54,489 bases of DNA, taken from positions 1-54,489 of the forward strand of contig JAZSJW010000024.1 in the NCBI GenBank assembly GCA_045534555.1, given 5' to 3'. Below the pieces are notes generated by a model, which saw nothing but the letters and a program-made list of their open reading frames with translations, made no database searches and was not told the origin of the DNA. This document shows positions 1 to 10,300 of this stretch, in pieces. Position 1 is the first letter of the stretch. Each line of letters begins with the position of its first letter. Source of the DNA: Clostridia bacterium (GTDB lineage: Bacteria > Bacillota > Clostridia > Christensenellales > UBA1242). The position numbers and the translations under genes were made by a program.

Positions 1-174
1 ATAAGACATTTTAAAACTTTTGTCGTATTATCTATTGTATATATTCAAGTCTTGAACAAAATTATACATTTTAGGAAGTAAAATTTTGTTATATAATATT
101 TAAGCATTTGTATATAATGTATTTGTGCTTTTATAAACAAAATTATAACAACAATATAAAGGAAAAAGATTAGA

Positions 175-2046
175 TTGAATAGTTTCGAAAAATTTAACTT
201 GTTTAGAGAAGAGTTAAAAACAAAAAATGATATTGTTTCTATAATTTCTAAATATGTTCCATTAGAAAGAAAAGGCAGAACTTTTTGGGGGCGTTGTCCA
301 TTTCATAATGAAAAAACGCCTTCTTTTGCTGTTAATTCTGATGGTCAATTTTATCATTGTTTTGGCTGTGGGGCTGGTGGCGATGTTGTAAGATTTGTTC
401 AAGAGATTGAGTCAATTGATTATATGGGGGCAATTCATATGTTGGCTGAGTTGGCTCACATGGAAGTTCCTTCGTTTTCTAACTATGTAGAAGATAATTC
501 AATTAAACAAAGAAAAGAAGAAAAAGATAGGCTGCTTAAGTTGATGAAAGAAGCAGCGATGTTTTATGTTAATAATTTAAAAAGCATGTCTGCGTATCAT
601 GCTAGAGAATATTTACAAAAAAGACAAATTTCTCCTGAAGTTGCGAGGGCTTTTGGTATTGGTTATTCGTCAAATTATTATGATGTTATAAAACACTTAA
701 AGTCTAAGGGTTATACATTTGAAGAAATAGAAAAAGCAGGTGTTGGAAAAAGAAAAGATGGTGACAAAGAGCCTTATGATGCTATGGGAAATCGAGTTGT
801 GTTTCCAATTATTGATATTTCATCAAATGTAATAGCATTTAGTGGTCGTTCTTTAGAAGCAAAACCCAACTTTGCTAAATATTTAAACACAGCAGAAACT
901 GTTTTATTTAATAAAAGCAAAAGCTTGTTTGGAATTAATATGGTTAAAAAGGCAAAAATGAATTCCGGAGCAGTAGATTCTCTTATTATTGTTGAGGGTC
1001 ATATGGATGTGGTTAGTTTACATAAAGCGGGATTTAATACTGCTGTTGCTAGCATGGGAACTGCGTTAACAAATGAACAAGCAAAATTAATTAAGAGATT
1101 TGCTGATAAGGTTTATATTTGCTATGATGGAGATACTGCTGGTAAAAAGGCAACGTTGCGTGGGCTTGACATTTTGAGAGAATGTGGTCTTGATGTATAT
1201 GTAATGAGTATGCCTGAAGGCATGGATCCTGATGATGTTATAAACAAGTATGGAGCTGCTGGCTATAGTAAACTTATGGAGAAAGCTTTGCCTCTGATAG
1301 ATTTTAAGTTAGAGTTTTTAAAAAGTTTATATGATTTAACAACCTCAGAAGGAAAAACCAAGTTTTTAAATGAGGCATTGTCTGTTTTAAGGTCATTAGA
1401 CGATGTTGAACGCGAGGTTTATGTTCAAAAAGTAAGTGATTTGTCTGGTATAATGAAGGATTTTATAAAAAGACAATTGGATACAAAGTCGGCTGATTTA
1501 AGTGGAGATACAAAAGCTTTGCTTTCAACAAAAACAGATATTGTTGAAAAGAGACAAAAATCACCGATTGATAGCAGAGTTGTGCAGGCTGAAAAATTTA
1601 TATTATCAGCATATTTACATCAGAAACCATACGTAAATTTTAAGAATGACATGAATGAATATTTTACTGAAGAGAGGCAAAATTTTTATAAAGCAATAAG
1701 AGATATCTTAAATGAAAAGCAAGGTCAGCATGCGGTTCAAGCTTTTTATAACAAATATGCAAATGAATGTGTTCAACCAGATGGTTTAGAAAGTGCTGAA
1801 AATGATGAATTAAGTGAGCAAGCAAGTGAAATAATTAATTACATGCTAAAGAACTCAAGTGAAGAGTTTGATTTGAATTATTATAAAGATTGTTTATTCA
1901 TAATTTATAAAAATTATGCCGAAAATCAAATTGATACTTTAACTAAAAGTTTAGATAGTGTTATCGAGAAAGAAAAAAGAAATGAAATACTAAACAAAAT
2001 TAAACAATTATCGTTTAATATAAAAAATAAGAAGGTGGATTTATAA
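175..2046 (+). CDS. dnaG: DNA primase
   Basis: CPFH..CFGC zinc-binding domain ([18 protein letters not shown]); TOPRIM motifs VEGHMDV and CYDGDTAG; DPDD. TTG start; directly upstream of rpoD. Confidence 0.98.
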   Translation: MNSFEKFNLFREELKTKNDIVSIISKYVPLERKGRTFWGRCPFHNEKTPSFAVNSDGQFYHCFGCGAGGDVVRFVQEIESIDYMGAIHMLAELAHMEVPSFSNYVEDNSIKQRKEEKDRLLKLMKEAAMFYVNNLKSMSAYHAREYLQKRQISPEVARAFGIGYSSNYYDVIKHLKSKGYTFEEIEKAGVGKRKDGDKEPYDAMGNRVVFPIIDISSNVIAFSGRSLEAKPNFAKYLNTAETVLFNKSKSLFGINMVKKAKMNSGAVDSLIIVEGHMDVVSLHKAGFNTAVASMGTALTNEQAKLIKRFADKVYICYDGDTAGKKATLRGLDILRECGLDVYVMSMPEGMDPDDVINKYGAAGYSKLMEKALPLIDFKLEFLKSLYDLTTSEGKTKFLNEALSVLRSLDDVEREVYVQKVSDLSGIMKDFIKRQLDTKSADLSGDTKALLSTKTDIVEKRQKSPIDSRVVQAEKFILSAYLHQKPYVNFKNDMNEYFTEERQNFYKAIRDILNEKQGQHAVQAFYNKYANECVQPDGLESAENDELSEQASEIINYMLKNSSEEFDLNYYKDCLFIIYKNYAENQIDTLTKSLDSVIEKEKRNEILNKIKQLSFNIKNKKVDL

Positions 2047-3098
2047 TGGCAATAAAATCTAAAGTTGAAGCCGAAATTAATAAAGTAATTGAAATGGGAA
2101 AAAAATCAGGAAGCATTAATATTGAAGATGTTTCTGAAAGATTTGCAAAATTAAATGCAGAAGAAATTGATGAAATTTTACAACGCATACAAGAAAGTGG
2201 TGTAAAAATTATTGAAAATACAGTAATTCAAAATGATAATGAAATAGAAGATTTGATGAATAGGGCTAGCATAGATGACCCAGTTAAAATGTATTTGAAA
2301 GATATTGGTAAGGTTCCTCTATTATCATCAGAAGAAGAAATTGAACTTGCTGTAAGAATGATGGAAGGTGACGAGACTGCAAAAAGAAGATTATCTGAAG
2401 CGAATTTAAGACTTGTTGTTAGTATTGCAAAAAGATATGTTGGAAGAGGTTTATTGTTTCTTGATTTAATTCAAGAAGGAAACTTTGGTTTGATGAAAGC
2501 TGTAGAAAAGTTTGATTATACAAAGGGATTTAGATTTTCAACATATGCAACTTGGTGGATACGTCAATCTATCACAAGGGCAATTGCGGACCAAGCGAGA
2601 ACAATTCGTATTCCTGTTCATATGGTAGAAACTATCAATAAACAAATAAGAGTTGCTAGAAGTTTGCTTCAAACTTTAGGTAGAGAGCCAACAACTGAAG
2701 AAATTGCAAAAGAGATGGGTGTTACCGAGGAGAAAGTTAGAGAAATTCAAAAAATTGCACAAGAAACAATTTCGTTAGATACACCGGTTGGTGAAGAGGA
2801 AGATAGTAATTTAGGAACATTCCTTCAAGACGAGTCTGCATTAAATCCTGCAGAATCTGCAACAAACTTAATGCTTAAAGAACAACTACTTGATGTTTTA
2901 AATACATTAACGCCAAGAGAACAAAAGGTTATAATGCTTAGATATGGTGTTGATGATGGACACCCAAGAACCCTTGAGGAAGTTGGTAAAGAGTTTAACG
3001 TAACAAGAGAGCGTATTAGACAAATTGAGGCAAAAGCCCTTAAAAAATTAAGACATCCATCAAGAAGTAAAAGGTTAAAAGATTTCTTAGAAGATTAA
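2046..3098 (+). CDS. rpoD: RNA polymerase primary sigma factor SigA/RpoD
   Basis: [53 protein letters not shown], and region 4 [13 protein letters not shown]. Confidence 0.99.
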   Translation: MAIKSKVEAEINKVIEMGKKSGSINIEDVSERFAKLNAEEIDEILQRIQESGVKIIENTVIQNDNEIEDLMNRASIDDPVKMYLKDIGKVPLLSSEEEIELAVRMMEGDETAKRRLSEANLRLVVSIAKRYVGRGLLFLDLIQEGNFGLMKAVEKFDYTKGFRFSTYATWWIRQSITRAIADQARTIRIPVHMVETINKQIRVARSLLQTLGREPTTEEIAKEMGVTEEKVREIQKIAQETISLDTPVGEEEDSNLGTFLQDESALNPAESATNLMLKEQLLDVLNTLTPREQKVIMLRYGVDDGHPRTLEEVGKEFNVTRERIRQIEAKALKKLRHPSRSKRLKDFLED

Positions 3099-3156
3099 TA
3101 AATTTGACTTACTTTGACTTTTAATTTGTTATTAAAATTTTATAGGAGATAAAAAC

Positions 3157-3847
3157 ATGCAAGAAATGATAAGGTATCAAGAAATAGATGCTAAACTTAG
3201 AAGATTAACAAACGAATTGGCATCTAGTCAAAATAAAAAAAAATAAAGAAGATATGCAACAATATTTGAAAGATGGCCAAGCAAAGCTTTTAAAAGTTGA
3301 AGCCGCTGCTGCAAACTTAACTGCTCAATATGAAAAAGCTGTGATGTATTATAATGATTTTGTTGCAAAATTAGAGTTATTAACTAAAAGTGTTGAAGCT
3401 GCTGGGTTAGATAAAATGACTGAACTTGAAAGTAAAATTAATGCATTCATTGCAAAATCTGAAACTTTAGAAAACAATATTGCAGGACTGGCGAATAAAG
3501 TTGCTCAAGTAAATAAAGACTTTGAGGTTATATGGAATAATGCAAAAAAAGCAAAACACAATTTGGAAGTTTATAAAGCTAATTATTTAAAAGAAAAAGA
3601 AAGATTAGAACCAGAAATTGCAAAGTTGACAAATGAATTAGCTGTGCAAAAAACCAAAGTTGATGCAGTTCTTTTGAAAAAATACAATGCTAAATCAGAT
3701 GGTAAAATGTTCCCCATATTTGTTGCTGAAACATCAGGAAAATGTGGTGGTTGCAGTTTAGATATTTCTGCGAGTAGGCTTTCTGATTTAAAAAACAAAG
3801 GTGTAATTGAATGTGAGAATTGTGGAAGGTTGATTTATAAAAAGTAA
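3157..3847 (+). pseudogene. Coiled-coil + C4-type zinc-ribbon protein, frameshifted at an A9 run (real frameshift or sequencing error)
   Basis: SD AGGAG precedes ATG 3157; this frame reads MQEMIRYQEIDAKLRRL... and stops at 3244-3246 after A9 (3235-3243). The downstream frame 3254-3847 carries the coiled coil and CGGC...CENC. Removing one A fuses them into 229 aa. Confidence 0.8.
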
Positions 3848-3859
3848 CAAACTTTGTTT

Positions 3860-3886
3860 AGAGGTGTATTTTACACCTCTTTTTTT
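3860..3886 (+). terminator. Rho-independent terminator of dnaG-rpoD-zinc ribbon unit
   Basis: AGAGGTGTA-ttt-TACACCTCT followed by a T-run. Confidence 0.85.
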
Positions 3887-4392
3887 ATGTATTAAATTTT
3901 TAGATTGCTTATTATTGTTTTTTATAACCTTATCGATATATTTTAATGGTAATTATTCATTAAAAATAAAAGTGCAAAAATCAACATTTAAGCATAAATA
4001 ATGAAAGTTTTACAACATTTTGGTTGTTTATTTTGTGTATTTATTATGTGTGGTTTTGTTTATTATTGAAATGTGTGTTATTTATGTAGTTTTTATTTCA
4101 AAAGTGTTTGTTTTAATGTCTTTAATTTTTATAAAAAGTGCAAAAAGTTATAATAAATTAGAAAATATTAGGTATTTTTTATATGTTTTCTTGTAATTGC
4201 TGCGTTTTATTAAACATATTGGTTGTTAGTAATTGCTAAATTAACATCATTTTTTGTTTGCTTTAATTTATTAATTTTTTAATTTGTGCTTCATTTTATT
4301 TGGTATTTCTTTTTCTTTTTGTTAAACTAAATATATATTATATATATTTATTAAAACTTGGGCACATAATAAAATTAATATTGAGGTGTTTT

Positions 4393-7300
4393 ATGGTTCT
4401 TACAACGAAGCAAAGAAGAGGGTTAAATATATTTTTTATAGCATTATTTGTTGCTGTAATTTTGTCTGGTATTGGGCTAGGCATCTTTTTTATGTTAAAA
4501 GATGAGGGTGGTTTGACTGCTAGACAAAAACAATTTGGCTATAATGTTAATGCATCTAATTTAAAAGCTCAAGTTCAAAATATTGATACTGAAAGACTGC
4601 CAAGTGATGTTGAGTTTGATGATATTGTTATTTGTTCGGGTGATTATGTTGTTACAAAAGATTTGAGTGAAAATTATTTGATTTATTCTTTAGTTACGAA
4701 CCAAACAGTTCCTATTGATAGCATGGTTACATATGATGCGGTTAAGGCTATTTATAATAACTTTGCTTTTGTATCTCAAGGTGATATTTTAAAGTTGATT
4801 AATCTAAAAACAGGAAGACTTACTTGTGTATTATCAAATGTTTCCTATGTAATGAAAAATAATTATTTATTGCTAGAAACGAGTGATGGAAATAAAATTT
4901 CTTATTCTGAAGACCTACAAACAGAAAATAATGTTTTATCAGTTTTAATAAATATGGCAACAACAGAAACAATTTTTAAAGTTACTGATTTGGAATTTGT
5001 TATAGATGTTGAGCTTACAAATAATTATTTTATTGCGACATATAGGGATAAAACTGATATTTACTCTCTTAATAATTTTGCATTAGTCAAATCTTTTGAT
5101 AATGTTGGCGAAGAAGCTTTGCAGACAAGTAATGTGGTAAGTTTTGTCGATGGTAAAACATATCATATGGCAACTTATTTTAAGGCATATGAACTTTCAA
5201 AGAATGCTGTTTTAATTGAGAAAATGCAAACTACAAATAATGATGATTTTGATATAAAAGCAAATCTTTATAGTGGTTTGGAACAAGGCTATTATTTAAG
5301 TTATCAAATTTTTGATCTAAAAACATCAAAGTTGATAGATTTAAAAGCTAGCAACAATGTTGTTAAAAAAGTGGATACTAATCTCGGTGATGATTATTTT
5401 GCAGTCTTATTTTGCCCTATAAAAGACAAAGCTATAATTCAAGAAAACAAGTCGATAATTAAGTATTATCAAATTGATAAGAGAGATAACTCAAGAAAAA
5501 TTTACAACATTGTATCTTATGACTACAATGCTTTTGGTAAAATAGTTGGTTTTAATGGAAATAGTCTTGTAACATCGGGGGGTACAAATTCAACAACATT
5601 AGATTTTAATGGAAATAAAAACACATCGTTGTCATTAAACGATGGGGATAAAATTTCTATGAGTAATTATGATAATGTTGTAGTTGTTTCTTCTTTAATT
5701 GGACAAAAAAGGATCTTATCAAAAACAGGAGAAACGTTAGTAGAGGGAAATTTTAGTAAAGTATCTCCGTTTATTGATGGTTATGCAATTGCACAAGATA
5801 TAGATGGATATTATCTTATTTCTGCAAAAGGTCAAAAAACAATAATTGATAATTTTGCTGTAGCGCTTAGTGATTATGTCTTTATGGGAATTGGTTTTTA
5901 TTTCACAGAAGAAGATGAAATGTTTAATGTGTACAATATTAAGGGAGAAAAGTTGTATTCACATGCTGTAGTTACATTAACTTATGATGCGGCTATAAAC
6001 AAGATTTTATTGGCAGTTAAAGCGGATAAAAATTACTTAATTGACATTACTCCAATAAATAAGTTGCTTATAACAGATGATAAAAGTGCGGGCAATAATG
6101 TACAGTTGAATAATTTAACAATAAAAAGTTTTGGTTTAAAAAGTTATGTTAAGAATGTTGCTGAAGAAGATGATGAAATAACTCCTACTATTGATATTAG
6201 TGTTAATGATGAATTTGGTTATGGAACTGTTACCAATACCTTTGATTTGGATTTTTCTTCTATAACATTTACATCATTTGATCAATTGACAGAGTGGCAA
6301 AAAAACTTTTTACCAGCTTTTGATGACGAAGAAAATTGTTTATATGTATCTGAAGGATATACATTTGCTGTTGAAGGAATGCATGTTTATACCGGATATA
6401 ATTATTCGTTAGCAATTATTCAGTTAGCTGTTGTTTCAGGTGGTGATGAGAGCTTAACTGGTGGTTACTATTATATGATCACCCTTGCTATGAAAAACTC
6501 ATATTTGTATTCACTAGAAGCAACATCTTCATTATTAGAGAACCAAAGTGAAATGTTAAAAACATATCATAACGGAATTGTTAATGCTTCAATAGATGCA
6601 TCAACTAGGGTTATTCCAGCTGTAAGTTTAGATGGTAAAGGATTGACATATTTTGACCAAAGTATTGATGATGAGGCAAGAGTTGTAAATTATAATTCTG
6701 TTGGTTATGATGGTGGGTTAATTCTTGCATCTACCTATTGTGATAAAATTAATCTAACATTTACAATGAGCAATATTTTTAATGGTAATGACTATGATAC
6801 AAACTATATTGATTGGACGGGTTTTGCATTATCAGAACCTATGGAATATGATTTTGAAAAGTATCAAATAACAATTTTAAATGATAATGGTACTAGTTAT
6901 GCTCAAATTTCAGCAAAAGAAGGATACCTAATTACAGAGTTTGATTTTGTTACAGCAAAAGCTTCAACAAACACATATGAAGATATTGAAATTCTTACAC
7001 AAGAACAATATACAACATTATCAAGTTTTGCCAAGTTTGTGATAACTCAAAGTGAGGGTGAATTTAGTTTATTTAAATTTACTAATGTTTGCATTGTGGA
7101 GAGATATTCAATTTTAAGTTTTGTTGGTTTTGAAGGTTCTGAAGAAACAGAGAGCGAAAAATTTACCACATATTATTTCCATGGATATGGTCAAGATTTA
7201 GTGTCATCTTATAATCCTGCATATTTTGGATTTGAAAATTTTGCTAGAAAAACACAAGTTAATGTGCTAGAGAGAAGGGGATACGAGTTTAAAGGTTATT

Positions 7301-10300
7301 CTTTAAATGGAGAAATGGTTGTTGGTGAAAGTGGTTTAATAATTGCAGCTATTGATTATAAGAACTTATTTTCTATTGATACAAGTGCTATGCAACCTCA
7401 AACTTTTAATTTAAAAGCAGAATGGGAAGCAAAAAGATATTACATTTATTTTGTTAATGATGGGGAAGCACTATCGGGTCAAGAAAAAAATGTTACCTTT
7501 GATCAATCGGTTGGTGTTCTTCCTAGTTTAGAAAAAGAGGGACATACATTTGTTGGTTGGTTTGATGTAAATAGTTCAGAAGGTGGAAATTGTTATACTG
7601 CAGATACCATATATAAGGTTGATGATGATATAACTTTATATGCAAGGTGGACACCGGATGTATATACTTTAACCTTTGATGCAAATATAAGTAGTTATCA
7701 AGACCTCGATGTTGGTGGTTTTGTATACAATATAACAGATGTTTACTTTATGGAAGCTATTGGTGAAGCTGTAGCTGGTGATGACTTCTCTGGTTATACA
7801 AAAAATATTACATACGGCTTAACATATGGGGCGTTGCCAAGAATTGTAGCATATAATAGTGAAAATTCTTTTGGTGGCAAAAAAGAAATATATGTGTTTA
7901 AAGGTTGGTTTGATGCGGCTTCAGGAGGGACCCTTTATGATGGGCATGAAGAAGTTTCTCTTTCGTCAGCAAGAACTTTATATGCCCAATATGAAAGAGA
8001 GGTTTATAATATTTCTTTAGAGACAAATGGTTCTTTTGATACTATGGCTTATGTGGGTTCAACAGATGCAGGTGTCAAAACAACAATGAGTACAAGAGAT
8101 ACTTGGTCTGATGAAGCAAATATATATCAAATGTATTCACTACAAGGTGAAGATGCTATATTAGATGTGTCAGTATTGCAAGGAACATATGTTTCAAGCA
8201 TAGAATTTAAAGTGTATGATAATTTTGGAAATACAACAACTTATGTAATTGATGGTGTATGGAATTCATTGGCACCTACAAATTATGGGGTTGTACTAGC
8301 TGAAGGTTCAGAAGAACTTCCTAGCAATATTACAGTTGTAAACGATGGCTTTAACTTAAAAATAAACTTAACAAAAATGTTTGAAGCATATAACAAAAAA
8401 TATGCAGACATTAAAGTGACGATAGAAAACATGCAATTTTCTAACGTTATAAAAATTACAGCTCCAGAAGGACAAGATTTATCTGCAATTATTATGGACA
8501 GTGATGATAATGAAATGCAAGAGTATACACAAAGTGATGCTTCATACAATAACTCTTTAACATTAAGGACAAAATCAAATAGTGTTAATAATTCAAGCGG
8601 AGAAGTTGTTGATAAATCTTATTTAACAAAAATTACAGTTGATGGAACAACTATAAACTTTACTGTAAATTATGATTTGACAAGTAAAAGGAATGTGATT
8701 TCTACTGATTATGAAGCTTTAGAAACAAATGCTTATTCTTCTACATATATTGTTGGTAATGTTACTTTTGTTATAACATACAATAACGGTACTGGTTTAT
8801 ATGAATGTATGTTTACAATTATTAACACAGAAAACCATTTGATTGATGTAGAATACGGAATAAAAACCATTGTAACAAGTATTGTATCAAACAATTGTGG
8901 AGAGGGCTCTATAGATGGCATAGACGTAACTTCAAACATTTCTAATTTGTCAACAAATTCCATTGTTTCTAGTGATACGATTGTTTATAATGTTAAACCA
9001 AAAGAAAATATATTAGTAAATTACATATCTGTTAAAATAGGTTCTGGAGACTATCAATATTTAGCATATCCAGGTTATGAAATTAAAGAATTAAATGTTG
9101 TTCAAAACATGGGTAAAATAGTAAATGCTAATTTAAATCCAGAGATTGTTGGTACAAATGTAAAAATATCTTATAATCAAGAAGCAGAAAGTTTTGTAAT
9201 AACAATAAATAACATTTCAAGCGATATATCATTCCTATTTGACTATGTTACTTATAAATTAATACATGTTGACGTTGAACAAGAAGGCGATAATGTATTT
9301 GATATTGTAACACAAAACGGTGATAACTTAAATGCATTAACAAAAACACAACAGGCAGATAGAATAACTAGTGGTGATATATATAAATTTGGTGTCGCAG
9401 TAGATGCAGATACTTATAGATACAATTATTTGATTTTAGGCTTATCTGAAAGTGTTAATACATTAACACTCAACACTTTGGTTGAGAGTAATTATTCTTA
9501 TAAAATAGCGGCCGTTGAGCCTGTAGGAAGTGAGCAAATTGTACTAGATAGTAATAAGACAAGCGCACAAATAAAAGAGGTGTTTGCTTCAAAATTTGTA
9601 ATTGAACTTGTTGATATTAGTGTTGCAATAAAATCATATTTAGGAATTGGTGGTGGAGACTTTGAGAGTGATCCAAGAACTGGTTTTGGTTTGTTAACAC
9701 AATTAACAGCTAGGTATTATGATATAAATAATTTAGATACTGCAACATCATCAGAATTGAATTCGTCAGTACTTGAGATTGAACTATTGGGTTCGTATTT
9801 ATCTATAGAAATTAGTGATATTGAAGGTTATATTTATAATTCTTCAAGAACAGGACTTTTTGCAAGCGGAGAGAAACTTCCAGTAGATTATAGTAAATCT
9901 GGTTCAGTTCATACATTAACATATACATTAACAGATTTAAGTATAGATAGCTATACCTTTGACGTGTATTTTGATGCTATTGAATACGATGTAAATTATA
10001 TTTCAATAGATGGTAATGGTGTATCAAGTGAAACTGTGGGAAGGACTGAAAATTCACATCATGTTTACAATGTTTGGTCTAATCTATCAACAAATGGATA
10101 TTCAAGAACTGGGTATACATTCTTAGGTTACTCTAAAGAAGAAGTTTCAGGTATTGATTTATCAGAAGTTGATTATACTTCAAATCAAGTCTTGGAAGAG
10201 AATTTAACAAGCACAAATGGTGCGACCGTAACTCTTTATAGTGTATTTAGAGCAAATGAATATAACATTGTACTTAATGAAAATGATGAAACTCATTCAA

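Noticed and set aside
3890-4390. AT-rich region as oriC or CRISPR leader/array
   Set aside because: No DnaA-box cluster (TTATCCACA), no dnaA nearby, no regularly spaced repeats and no cas genes.
4300-4392. Upstream extensions of ORF-track starts (giant ORF 4300; also 17064, cysS 19348, rpsB 38608, frr 40245, cdsA 41127, efp 52930)
   Set aside because: Downstream ATGs have better SD motifs and/or match family N-termini; several extensions run through promoters or leaders.
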